Part shown: positions 32,481-45,630 of the stretch, one piece after another
Layout: each line of letters starts with the position of its first letter
How positions within the stretch are numbered: the first letter of the stretch is position 1
From: Stegostoma tigrinum
Lineage: Eukaryota
Assembly (NCBI RefSeq): GCF_030684315.1
Contig: NC_081366.1
Location: 38,354,078 to 38,418,077 of the forward strand
Direction: 5' to 3'
DNA length: 64,000 nt
Notes under the pieces: generated by a model
Databases searched by the model: none
Seen by the model: the letters and a program-made list of their open reading frames with translations, nothing else
What the model was told of the DNA's origin: nothing
Made by a program: the position numbers and the translations under genes

Positions 32481-35400
32481 CAAGGAATGATATCTTTGTG
32501 TTATGGTTCAGCTTTCCTTCTCATATCTCACTGCTTTAACGTTATGGTTGGATTGAACATTAATGTTTGAAACCAGAGACTAGGCAAGTGTCTTAGCCAT
32601 AACCATGTGGACATCTTCCCTTGGTGGCCACCATTTGCATTAGCTCAAAATTACTGTTTTGTGCGGAACTATTAGCCATGGTATTCAGCAAAGCTAAGAT
32701 TCACCAGCACATTTGCAATTGCTCCTGAAAAGTAATAAGTCACTATTAAGCATGTTGTCACTCCAAATTATAATCAGTATCCAGTAAATCAAATGAAATT
32801 TATTAGTTGTGGGTCAATAATCTCATTAAAATTGTATGGTGCCGCTGATCTTGGAAAGTTTCTGGCAAACCTATGGATTTGTGGACTCCACTTCTTGAGG
32901 AAAGAAAACCCGCCTAACAAATCCAAAAAGACAAGTCTCTATCTCAAAGTAATTTCCACATTTAAGGACCACAGAATCAGGTCACTATGGGACATGAGAA
33001 CATGTCACAGAGCTAGTGCCTTTCCTTCCCTTCCAACTGTGACTAAATTTGTAACATTTACAATCAGATTTGCAAATTAAGTTTTAGGTTAACATCAAAT
33101 ATGAGGTAACACCAATCTAGATAGTGAATAACTGGTCCCCTTGTTGAACATTCAGATGTGAATAGTGGTCGCCGAATCTGTTGTCGTGCAACTTTTCTAA
33201 TAAAAATAAAATTGTTGGTAATTTTTGCTTTCACATCAGAAGACTGAAAAATAAAAATTAAAATAAAGTTACATTTTGACTGATTTAAAACACTGATTTA
33301 AAAATTGATATAGTATCCAATTTAGTACAGAGCTTGCAGATTCTTTGATCAAATATTTTAATGTGCTGTTCTCCCGCAAATAATTCATGTCTAATATTTT
33401 TGTGCATGTTATGGACATTGTTCCACAGTTTTCTTCCTATTCTTTGGTAAATTTCTACTTTTGTTATAATCTACCAAATTAAAATTTTTTCCACAGTTTC
33501 AATTTCCTCTCCAATCACATTGTAAACAATCTCTGCAATTCTACCAAATAACAATTCCATCCACAAACCGCCTTAAATTTATCATGTAAGATGTAATCTC
33601 TAAAACTCTAAGCAAACATCTTCTATGATGTTCTCTACAAGTTCCTTCTATATATTGTCTACTGCAGACAGTCTGTCCATGACAGCATATTAAGAATACA
33701 GTCCTTTGCCAACAGTCCTGTCTTCAATCTGAGGACACCCCACAACCTTTGTATGGTACTATTCCCTTGCAAAATTAGATTAATTCAAAAGAGAATTAGT
33801 GGCTCAATGCTGGGTACCTACGAGGTGTTGTAGCTATCACAGTCTGTAACAACGTAGATTGGCACATTCCTCACTCGGGTATCATTACCATAAAAACAAG
33901 GGACCAACCCTGATTGAATGGGAAGCACCAAATTTATCTAAAAGCAAAGTGTTAAACTGGTGAAGTTCAAGTACAGATTTATATGTGTGCTAAGGAGTGG
34001 AGGTAGCATGCTATAAAGAGAAATTAACAGTCCCACAACAAACTGAATTGGATCAAAAATTTGCAGTCCTGCCATATGTAGTCATTAATCATGGTCAGTA
34101 ATCTACAACTAGCATGAGGAAATAGCACTATGAATGTTCCCATTATCCATGATGTTAGAGTCTAGCATGTCAGTACAAAAAACAAGGCTAAAGCATTTGC
34201 AACCATCTTCAGTCAGAAGCACTGAATAGATTCATTAACTTAGCCTCCTCCTGTGGTTCCCAGCCTTTTCACTACGCTTCACAAGATATCAAGAACTTAG
34301 CATGTAGGACGTAGCAAAGATTAAGCATCCTGGCTAAAGTTCTTCAAGTGTATGATCCAGAACTTGGGGTGCTGTAGCCATCCTGTTGTGGTACAGCTAC
34401 AACACTGGCATCTACTGAGCAGGAAATTGGTCAAGTGTATGAAAGAATCGTAGAATGTCACAGCACAAAAGTAGGTCATGTGGCCCATTTTCGCTAAGAG
34501 CGTCTCACTAGTCCCATTCTTCTGCCATTTCCCTGAAGCCTTGCAATTGTCTCTGTTCAGGTTTTAATGCGGTTCCTGATTGAAAGCCATGAATGAATTT
34601 GCCTCCACCACTCTCAGGCAGTGCATTCCAAATCATAAAAGATCATCACTGTGTAAAAAGAAAATTAAAGTCACCCTTGATTCTTATGCCAATCACCTTT
34701 AATTTATGTTCTCTAGCTCTTGATCTTTCCATTAGTAGGAACAGTTTCTCCCAATCCATTATTCAGATCCCTCATGATTTTGAGTACTATGATATGCATT
34801 ACCATTCTTTCTCTTATGAATGAATAAAAAAACTTCATTCTCTTCTTTATAACATTGGCAGAGAAGGAATGACAGTACTCAATCTCCTACAAATTATAAA
34901 TTTGCCTGATACTTGCACTCTTACTTAAGTAGGCTGTCTCTTCAATAAACCCCACAATATAACAAAATCTAAATAACTGTCCTTTAAAAGGGATGAGGAG
35001 AAATTACTGTCTCAAAGGGTGGTGTATCAGCGGAATTCACTACCCCAGAGTGAGGCGTCTGCCAGGCACTGAGTAAATTATGGAGAAGATAGGTTTTTCA
35101 TTTGAAATGAGTTGAAAGGTTAAGGAGAGAGTGGGCAGGAAAGTGAAGATGAGACTCAGATTGGCTGTAATCATATTAAATGGCGGAGCGGCTGAACTGT
35201 CTATTCGAACTCTTAGTTCTTACGTTCTTATCCTCCATTGAACTGAATTTTAAAATACAAAATGATTTAGAAAGTTGTCAAAAGCTAAATTTACAGGAAT
35301 TCATCCTGTTTAGTTTTAGAAAGCTAAAAGAACTCATAATTACCTGAAACAGCAAGGAATGTGGAGTCACATACTTGGCAGATGTTAGCCTCAGAATATG

Positions 35401-36027
35401 GAGAGGGCATCTGCTGTTTTTATTTCCAGTTTCAGTTCTGCCTGAATTCTGTCAGAAATGAGGGAGGGCTAAGACGCATGATCCCCAGAAAAAATACAAC
35501 AATATAAAGTGATGCCAAAGTGATATTATTAAACCTAAATTTGCCATTTCCACTGATCTAATGTATGCCAGCATAAATTTAGAACAACATCTGAGAAAGG
35601 AAATTGAAAGCTGATCTGTATTTAATTGTGATCTCATATTAGAGAAACATAAGAGTTATTGGGCGGGGGATGTTGGGAATAGAAAATTTACTATCAAATT
35701 TAGGCTGCTTTATTTTCAAGGTTTAACTCATTCCTGTCCTGATAAAGGGTATCAGCCCAAAACATTGACTTTCCTGCTCCTTGGATTCTATCTGACCTGC
35801 TGTGCTCTCCCAGCTCCACATATATTGACTCTGGCTTCCAGTATCTGCAGTCCCTCCTCTCTTCAACTCATTTCTTTCTCCTTTCAATGCTACTCCTGAA
35901 ATTCTAGTTAAATTTGATAATTAACCCTTATTAGAATCAAAAGACCAGTACCATATCTGACATTTTCAGTCATTGAATTAGCTTTTGTGCATCAGCGAGG
36001 AAGCTGTTGTGTTTGTCTAGAAATTAA

Positions 36028-36041
36028 CCAGCAGAGGGTGC
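36028..36041 (+). promoter_or_regulatory. Candidate CTCF site
   Basis: CCAGCAGAGGGTGC is close to the CTCF core CCAGCAGRGGGCGC. Confidence 0.4.
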
Positions 36042-38019
36042 TTGCATTGTACCTTCAGTTCAATGATGCTCCGGCTTTAAGGTTGAAAGGGGTTACTTCC
36101 TGTAAAAGTTTTGAGTTTTGTCACCAGTTTATGCAGCCAGGCACGAACAGTGTATAACCAGGTTATACCTTACATTAGGCACAAATTTAGGGCATAAATT
36201 TGGCTGTCACTTTCCCCACCATGTTATAGCTTGCACAATCCTGACAAATCCTTTGATGTTAGAATAATACATTTCAGATGACATAAAAATGTGGCCACCA
36301 AACAATAGTAAAGTAAAACGTTTTACAAAAAAAACCTTTAAAATTTCATAACTAGCCTTTTAAAAGTTAAATATAAACGATTCTTGGGAATAATAACAAA
36401 ACTTAAATTGACATAAACCTGAATTGCTCCACGGGCTGCACGTTAGGGATACAACATTAATTGTATAAAAATCGTACTTAATAGTATGCATGTTGGTAGG
36501 CATAAACAGGAGGTTCACTTGAGCCCCTGGAAATAGACATAGACTTATACTGTAGTTATTACGTTTAGAGGTGCATCTTGTAATGTGTAAATAAATGTTT
36601 ATAACGGTGTGTAAAGAATGGCCTCCCATTCTGTCTTTCACCACCTGGCTTTCTGGAATAGTAGCAGAGCACAGTTACCTCAAGGTGAAGTTGGAAAATA
36701 TGGAAAAAACAATTTCATTTGAAACCTAAATCAAAAAATAAACTTTCTCGAATATCTTGGTTAATGTTGTTTTCTCTATTATTTATTATGTAAATATATT
36801 TTATGTTGCGCATAACAACAGAAAATAATTGAAGTAAAAATTACAGTGTCTTCTTAATAGTCACCACAATTCAAGGTCCTTGAATTTGTTTGGATACTGT
36901 TATAAATACAAACATGAGGAACTTTGGAAAGTCAGCCAACTAGATATAATAATAAATGCAAATAAGACTTGCATTATTAAATGGAAGTATAGCTCCACAG
37001 TTTTCCATTTGCCTTGCATACGTCGGAAAAAAATGCTAGACTCCTGCTTAAAACATCTGCAATCCATGTAACTGAGGTCACACTGAATAATGCATGATAA
37101 TAGCCTCAAGGGTATGTAACAAAATTCTAATTTGTATACATCATATTCCAAACATTTGCATGTAGGAAAGTAGAGAAATAAGAATATTCTATTTTAAACC
37201 AGACGTTAGTGGGATTACAGGGATGTTTAAATTTTTTGAACTTTTGTCCAGATGGATAAATATAAGTAGCATTAACAGCAATTTTAAGAAATCCACAACG
37301 ATCTTAGTTCACATTTAGCTGAAAGCAACTTAATCAGTATGAATTTTTCATAATTCATTCTTATATTCATTCACAATGAATTTAATTTCACAAGTTTGAA
37401 ATTTGCCAAATATTCAACTTGCTTAACGTTAGGTTCAGCTCTGAGGCAAAGATTTAGCAAGGTGAGGTAAGGTGTGGCCCTTGGGGCTATTAGTGAAAGC
37501 TGAATGAGTCATAAAGTCTGATTGCTGACAAAACCCATCCTTGTAGATGGGTGTAGTTGCTTACCATTCAGAAACGCTTAGTAATGTCTGGTTTATCAGA
37601 TCACTAATTTTGTTAATATTTTTGTTTAAGAAGAAACAGGTGGTGGCTATTGATTGTCTAAGCACACATATATGAAACTGGGCAGGGGAGGCAAGGGACC
37701 AGTGATACTGTCACTAGATTGTTAATCTGGAATTCTGGTTAATATTGCGGCAATAAATACCTAGAATCTCATATATAGGAAACCTCTTTCAACTCCATTT
37801 TGATTTAGCTCCCTCTCCCTCTACTTCACATCTGGTGTCCTGCATTTGCCTTAACCAGCTTTGCATGTAGGTTAACAGTGAGAAAACATGGGTGATTTAC
37901 TGATGGTGAAAATAGGTGAAAAATAAACCACAGGTGATTTGATGATGGGAAAAAAATTGTTCAGTTATGTATATGAGAACCTCTGGATATTGAGAATAAA
38001 CATATTAGATACAATGGAG

Positions 38020-38362
38020 AATGGGTCATGCTCTAGTGGTGTTCCTTCCTATGAAACAGGAAACATAGTTAAAATTCCACCTGCTGTGAGTCATAACATG
38101 TCAATTGATTAAGAAATCCATATATTGAGAGCAGGGCTCTTGCACTTCCGGACGAGGGTCCAAGGTTTGAGTCCCACCTGCTCTACAGTGTGTAATAACA
38201 TTTCTGAACAGGTTGATTAGAAAATAAACATATGTTGAGAGCAGGGCTCTTGCAGCACAGTTTTAAGTGTTCCTACCTCTGAGCCAGGAGATCTGGGTTC
38301 AAGTCCCAACAGATCCAAAGGTGTGTAATAACATCTCTGAAAAGGTTGATTAGAAAATATCT
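38020..38362 (+). repeat. Three tandem diverged copies of a short tRNA-derived repeat
   Basis: Units with B-box-like GGTTCAAGTCCC and tail GTGTAATAACATYTCTGAAMAGGTTGATTAGAAAATA; dispersed copies at ~12655, ~29452 and ~41205(-). Confidence 0.7.
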
Positions 38363-39603
38363 ACACATCTAGAGAGCATCTCTAACATCATGAAGTTGGG
38401 GGATATCTAGAAGGTGCAGTCAATAAACTGTATCCACCAAGGAGTTTGCCTTGGTTGGCTGATTTACCATGCTTGACTTCAGATTTATAATGGCTATCTC
38501 TAAGGTTCATCACACATGGTATCTGAATAGAGAAAATGGAGTGTATGCCATAAATGCCAAGATGTTTGGCAAAGATTCCAGGTTGTGCTAGTGATTCTTG
38601 TCATTCACAGCCTTTGCTCAGGCTGTGAATCAGTACCCTTGGTCATAACAAAGGAAAAATTAATCTGTCCGATATAAAATTAAGTATTGAGCAGTTCCTT
38701 CAAAATAGCTAAGAAGGAGACCCCTGGGGAAATTGGTAAAGAAAGTAAAGAAGCCAATAGTCAAGAAACAATTAGTGATGTAAACAGCAACAAGAAATAA
38801 AAGGTATAAAATGTATAAATCTAAAGCCAATGGCTCTTCTAAAAGCTACTTCATCTCTCTGAAAAGAGCTGACCTAAAATAAGATGATGGCTATACCATA
38901 GTTGGGCTCATTCTCAATGCAGATAAGTTCAAATTAATATTGCAGATGCTGAATTTCTTTGGAATTTTATATTAATTAAATCCTCACTTTCTCTGCCAGA
39001 ATAAAAATGTCTGCTATGTGTCACTTGATTTCTTTGTGAATGTGTGGTCCTTGCTCCACCTAGGGGTTGCTTTTGCTAAGTATGACTTGACTCATTGGTT
39101 CGGCAATCATTTTCTGTTGACAAATGTAGGAGCAGACTTCCAGTCATCAATACACTTTTAAACGTTCTTGCTAAACTTTGTCTAGAGCCAGTCATTTGTT
39201 CCCTGGCATTGTGCCGACACTGTAATTTATACACAATTTTGTTGATAGCAGAATATCTTTTTTAGACTGGTGGTGATGTTCTGTTGGTGGAAAATATCAT
39301 ATGTATAGTAATGCTGTGAAATGGGGCAATGCCAAGTATTTAGGTTGTCTGAATGGCTAGTCAAGTCAAACAGTTTGCTCCTTTGGTTCTGCATGATAGA
39401 AAGAGTACAGGCTTTGCCAAAACAGCCGGCACTTACAAAAACTCCAAAAATGTGTTTACTCTTAGGTGTGATTTCATGATCAGGCAACACTTGCTGAACA
39501 ACCCCGACAGTGTTCATTGCTAAACCAACAACCAATTTAAGATAATCAATTAAGCTCATAACATGGCTCATTTAAGCATTCTACAAGTAACATGCATACA
39601 TAT

Positions 39604-39716
39604 TCAATGCTATATGGAGCTGAAGGAACGTAGCAGGTTAGGCAGGCAGCATCAGAGCAGCAGGAAAGTCGACTGTTTGGGTTTACACCCTTCATTCTGC
39701 CATTCTTGCTATCTTC
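39604..39716. mobile_element. Short PLE-terminus-related insertion with 16-bp TSD
   Basis: TAACATGCATACATAT at 39588-39603 and 39717-39732. Confidence 0.7.
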
Positions 39717-41821
39717 TAACATGCATACATATGCAAGGACACATTTTTTACAAACAAAAGAAGTGTGTTCAAGCATTATGACTTTTATGTATTTCCCAGG
39801 AGCTTGAGAAGCTTATAGTTTCCTTTTGCTTTCTCCATGACAATGAAATAGCAAATCAGAGTCAACTTGTAAACCAACTAACACTCTTTACTCAAGTAGT
39901 ATAAATTGCTGTATTGTTTAAAATTTTGCATTTTGTTTGCTCATCCTGATGAAGGTGAAATGAAAAACTTAATCACCCTGTCTTTCTTTTCAGCTTCTTC
40001 AAGTTCTAAACTACCCAATGATTGTTTGATTAAAACTGCATATTTGATGGTGGAATCAATTCTATGTTCTCAGATTAAAGTTGAAGAACTTCAAACCCTA
40101 AAATATTGCAACTGAACAAATAAAGGGGAAAGTGCACCCATTATATTTTATCTTCTTCAATATCCCTATTGGGAAGATACAAACTTCAGCTATTAATTGG
40201 ACTTCTTTTTGAAATGCATGTGAACCTTTGTACATTGGGAAACATTGCATCTATTTCATATAAACTTGAAGCCAGTGAGACCTGCTCGTGAGAGGACTCT
40301 ATTGAGGATCAGTAGGATTCAATCCTAGGTCTTCATGTTGATAATAAATGATTTTGCATTCCTTCTAACAACTAGCTCTTTAGGCACATTATCTCTCCCT
40401 CCAAATAGATTTGTCATTTTCCCCTGGTAAATACAGTCTGACTGCTCTGGACACAGCTGTTGTGAATATCAACACATAATCCTGCTTCTTACTTTGTCAG
40501 TAGTACAGTCAATAAAGTCCTCATTCACCAGACATCAGTCATAGCACTTCCAAGTTATTAGGAAACCCAACCACCAAGATGATTCATACACTGACCAAGA
40601 GCACTCGTTTTATCTTGAACTCCTGGCTGGATATACAACTCAAGGTGAATAATTAGTACTGATATTACTTTCACAGCTGCCTTCCATATATAGGGCATGC
40701 CAAAGTAGTGGTTATAAAAAAATAAATTAATCTCACTTCATTTAGCCAAACATGTCAGCCAGGCAACTCTGCAATTCAGACCAAACACTAACTTGTTGAA
40801 AGACATATAATTAACTACCCGAAGAACCAAATTAACTTGTAACAGTGTTTTTGTTTCATTGCCATAATCTAATAACCCCATATTAAAGCTCAAGATTTAA
40901 AATTTTAAATATTAAATATATAGCTCAAATTTTGTGTTACAATATTTGTTGCCTCTTATCAATTGAAATCTGTTCAATGGCATCCTATTCTCAATGTATG
41001 AAACCAGTACGATAATTTGTTGTGGTATTTATAAATTCAAAATAAAGACAGAAAAGAAATGATTACAAATGTTATAGGCTTTTACCTATTTGGTAAGTTT
41101 TAGAACTCAAAAGTTTGCCATTGATCATTCATCTAACAGATTCCGTGTTAATCCCATATTCATATTGTCATGTAACTTGTGGAAGAGTTATAACATGTAC
41201 CCTGTTAATAGGTATTTTACATCAACTTGTTCAGACACATCATGGCACACCTCTGGAGCAGGTGGAACTTAAACCTAGACCTTTTGGCTCAGAACTCAGG
41301 ACAGTATAATTGCATCAGAAGAGCCTGATGAATCCTGTTTATTACAGACCTTCAGATTTTCAAACACTTGGTGAAAAAAGTGAATAAACAATTTAAACTG
41401 AGCAATACTAAACCTTAGTAATATTCCCCTAATATTACATAGAATACATGTTAATAGCTTTTTTTTCCAGCTTGTGAATTTCGCAGCACATTATACTACA
41501 ATATCTGTAATATTGAAGCATCCGAAATATTTTTAGAAATGAACTGTCATTAGTCAACAGTCTAAAACTTAAACAATCCCATTACACCCTGTGTGAGCTA
41601 GACACAAAAGTAATGAGTTTTTGATGAAAATAACTTCCAATTATACAGCATATTTCATAAGTTTGGGATTTCCCAAAATTCTTGACAGACACACAATTAT
41701 TTTTGACATGTGGTTGTTATTTTAGTGTAGAATATGCAGGTGGAAATTTGCATTCAACAATTTCCCAACAGCCCAGGCCATCAGTGAATCTAACCATCCA
41801 TCCATGAACTTCATTTACACA

Positions 41822-42005
41822 GCTTGTCACCGCAGAAAGGCTACCAACATCATCAAAGACTCAACACACCCCAGTAATGATCTCCTATAAGCTTTTTCTT
41901 CAGGCAGAAGATATAGTAGCTTGAACACACACAGCAGGAACAGCTTCTTCCGGGCCATTATCAGACTGAAAAAAGGACTCTCTAGCCTCAAATAATGCCA
42001 ATCTT
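41822..42005 (+). mobile_element. Rex1/Babar-type LINE 3' fragment
   Basis: IIKDSTHP..SGRRYSSL..NSFF..IIRL C-terminal remnants. Confidence 0.6.
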
Positions 42006-42359
42006 GGTAACATTGATAACAAAGTGTGGAGCTGGATGAACACAGCAGGCCAAGCAGCATCCTAGGAGCACAAAAGCTGACGTTTTGGGCCTAGACCCTT
42101 TCTGATGATCTTTTAAATCCATTTGAGAAAACAAGTTTAACATCTCAACTGAAAAACAGGACATCTGACCACAGCACTTATTCAGTACTGCTCCAAATGC
42201 CAACCTAGATTTTGTGTTGAAACACAACCAAGACAATAAGTAAATAGTAACAATCCTTTGAATTTTACTATAATCAATTATTTCCTTTTCTCTCAAATAT
42301 GGAAGAACAACCAATTTCCTTCTTTCTTGTGAATCTGACCAAACATTGGTTTGATTTTA

Positions 42360-44350
42360 CCAATAAACAAAGAACTGCAGATACTGGAGATCTGAAACAG
42401 AAACAGAAATTACTGAAGAAACTCAGCAGGTCTGACAGCTTCTGTAGGAAGAAAGAGAGTTAATATTTTGAGTCTGTGACTTTTCATCAGAACTGTCAGT
42501 ACCTAGGAAATATTTACGTTGAAGCCAAAGTTGGAGGACGGAGATGAGAGGTGAGTGGGTGGTGGAGATGGAACGCAGAGAGAGAGAAGGAGATATGAAG
42601 GGAGTAGGTAAAGAAGGACATTATGGTAACAGGCCAGAACAGAAAGAAAAGCTGAATAAAAATAATGAAAAACTGAGAGTGAGAAATTGGTTTAGCTGTG
42701 GCGAATGCAACACATGCAAAATGATAAGGGGCTTAGGAGTACATGGGAGTGGGTGACTGTGCTAAAACCAACTCATGTCATTACAGGTGGGGTGTGTAAA
42801 CAAAAAAATGGAAGGATGGAATCAGATTCAATTGAACTTGGTGTTCAGCTCTAGAGGCTGCAGGGTGCCCAAGTGGAAAATTAGATGTTGTTCTTTGGCG
42901 CAAACATGTTAGCTCTGCTTTCTTCCCACAGATGCTTCCAGACTTGCTGAGTTTCTCCAGCAATCTCTGATTTTGTTTCAGATGTCCAGCATCTGCAGGT
43001 CTTTGTGCTGTGTTGTTCTTTGAACTTGCACTGAGACATGCTGGAATACTGCAGCAAGTCTGGGACCGTTAGTATAGGAACACAGTAGAGTACGGCAGTG
43101 GCAGGCAATTGGAAGCTCAGGGTCATTTTTGCAGCAAGAACGTCGGAGTTCTGCAAAAGGTCACCCAGCACTCATCTCCCCATTGGAGAGTTGAACCACG
43201 AATATATTACACAAGATTGAGTGAAGTGCAGGTAAATCGTTGGCTCCCCTGAAAGGAATGTCTGGGCCTTTGGATTATGAGGAGGGAGGAGATAAATGGG
43301 CATGTATTATACCTTCTGCAATTGTAAGGGAAGGTGCTGTGGGGGTGTGAGGAGTTGTGGGGAATGGAGGAGCAGTCTACCAGACCAAACCAAAGGGAAT
43401 GGCCCCTGTAGAATGCTGACAAGGGAGGGGAAGGGTATATGTGTCAGATTGTGACATCCTATTGAAAGTGACGGAAACAGTGGCTTATAAGCCTTTGGAT
43501 GTAAATGCTCGCAGGGTGATAAGTTAGGACTGGGGGACCCTATCATGTCGGGGAAAGGGAAAGGCGAAGGGCAGAAGTGTCAGAGATGGGTGAAAAATAG
43601 CTAAGAGCTCTGATGACATTGTAGTGGGGAATTCCTGGTTGAGGAAGAAGGTGGACATTTCTGAGGACCCCCTGCAAAGGAAGATGGAATCAATGGAGCT
43701 GATGTGATGGAGACAGCGAAACTGGGAGAATTGAATAGATTTCTTACAGGACGCTGGATGTGAGGATATGTAGTCCAGGTAACTGTGGGAGTTGGTGGTT
43801 TTATAATGGATATCAGTGGCCAGCCTGTGCTCAGAAATGGTAACAGAGATGTTCAGGAGGGGAAGGGAAGGGAAGGGGAGAATCAGAGATGGACCAGATG
43901 AAGGCGACAGCAGCGTTAAAATTGGAAAAGGAATTGATAAATATTTCCAATTCTGAATGAGAGAGGGAAGCGCCAATGATGTCATCAATGGGCCAGGGAA
44001 AGAATTGTCAGGTAGGACTGGAACAAGGAATGTTCCATGTATACCACGAAGAGACAGACATATCTGGGCCTCATGTGGGTACCCGAAGCTACACCTTTGA
44101 CCTGAAGAAAGTTGGAGGAGTTAAAGGAGAAGTGAGGATGAGCTAGGCCAGGCAGAGGATGGTGGTGGTGGTGGATGGGGGCAGTTCAGGCCTTCTTTCC
44201 AGGAACAAGTGGAGAGCCCTGAGACTATCTTGATGGGGGTGTAAAGGGATAACACATCCATGGTAAAAAGGAAGTGGCTGGAACCTGCAAACTGGAAATT
44301 TTGAAGCTGATGTAAAGTGCCAGAAGAATCATAGACATAAGTGGGGAGAG
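42360..44350 (-). mobile_element. Decayed Penelope-like element (RT, GIY-YIG region, terminal repeat)
   Basis: LQVKGVASGTH (QxxGxxMG), IDDI, TDIHYKTTNSHSYLDYISSHPASCKKSIQFSQF, FPYNCRRYNTCPF, QRFTCTSLNLV; terminal sequence with degenerate hammerhead at ~42458-42495. Confidence 0.88.
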
Positions 44351-44609
44351 ACTTGAGAAAGGGAGAAAAAAATCAAAAAATAGTGGTCATTAAGAAAGTG
44401 ATGGTGAGCTGTCTACTTGAACTGTGTGTATGTGTGATGTAGTTAAACACGTGCGCTGGTTGGGAGGGATATGTAGGAGTTTGAGTGTAGGAACAGGGGT
44501 ATAATGCAAAGTCAGGATGTAAAGATGTGGAGGAGGCAGTGTTGGATTGGGGCGGACAAAGTCAGAAGTCACATGACTCCAGGTTATAGTCCAAAAATAA
44601 ATAATATGG

Positions 44610-45100
44610 GGAGGCAATGGCCTCATGGTATTATCACTGGACTGTAAATCCAGGGACCCAGATAATGTTCGGGGGACCGGGGTTCAAATTCTACTATGGC
44701 AGATGGTGAAATTTGAATTCAATAAAAATATCTGGAATTAAGAATTTAATGATGACCCTGAACCATATTCGACTGTTGGGGAAAAAAACCCCATTTGGTC
44801 TACTAATGCCCTTTCAGGAAAGAAACTGCTGTCCTTCTGAGTTCTGAGGAAGGGTCAGCGGTCCTGAAATATTAACTCTGGTTTTTTTCTTCACAGATGC
44901 TGCCGGACATGCTGAGCTTTTCCAGCAACTTCTGTTGTTTTCTTGCACTTTTGTTGCTATCCTTACCTGGTCTGGCCTGCTTGTGACTCCAGACCCCAAG
45001 CAATGTGGTTGGCTTTTAACTGCCCTCTGGACAATTAGGGACGGGCAATAAAAGCTGCCTGGTGAGCAACACCATCATCCCAAGAATGAATAAAAACAAA
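44610..45100 (+). mobile_element. tRNA-derived Deu-domain-type (SacSINE1-like) SINE interrupted by a PLE terminal fragment (44837-44954)
   Basis: A/B-box-like head (TGGCCTCATGG..GGTTCAAATT), CCTTACCTGGTCTGGCCT..GTGACTCCAGA core, GGGCAATAAA..GAATGAATAAAAA tail. Confidence 0.7.
44839..44878 (+). ncRNA. Minimal hammerhead ribozyme motif
   Basis: GAGUU-CUGAGGA-AGGGUC(AGC)GGUCCU-GAAA-UA-UU-AACUC: 5-bp stem I and intact core. Confidence 0.55.
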
Positions 45101-45591
45101 ATCCAAAACTATAAAAAACTAATTAAGATAAAGTGATAATAACTAATAACAAGTCATCAAAGTTAGTTTGTACAGTTTTGGATTACTTATTACTTTGGTT
45201 AGACTCTTGTGATGTGACTCTTCTACCTATTATGTTATTCCAGCCATTTGTTTTGTCTCTAGCACCATCCTATTTTTGATTTTTTTTGTCAGTGTTCGTT
45301 GTATTATAGGTCATCCTTCACTTGCTATTCAGTTGTTGACAGTTTACTCCCACTATTTGTATTTATCTTTTGACACTCTTAATTACCTGAAATTATTTTA
45401 CCATTATTGCTCTGCACATAAATTCTGTGCCTTGATTCCTACGCTACTTTTCACTTTTTCTTTCACGTAAGCACTGCCCCTACTGAGTTCTGCTGTTACT
45501 CGTTCCCTGGCCACATGGGTGTTTCTCCTAATTGTGGAAATGTTGAAGAAAATTATTTTGCGAATGGTGTTTTTATTGATTGCTGCACTTA

Positions 45592-45630
45592 AACACACAA
45601 ACATACACACACACACACACACACAACACA
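45592..45630 (+). repeat. (CA)n microsatellite
   Basis: Directly visible imperfect CA array. Confidence 0.85.
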
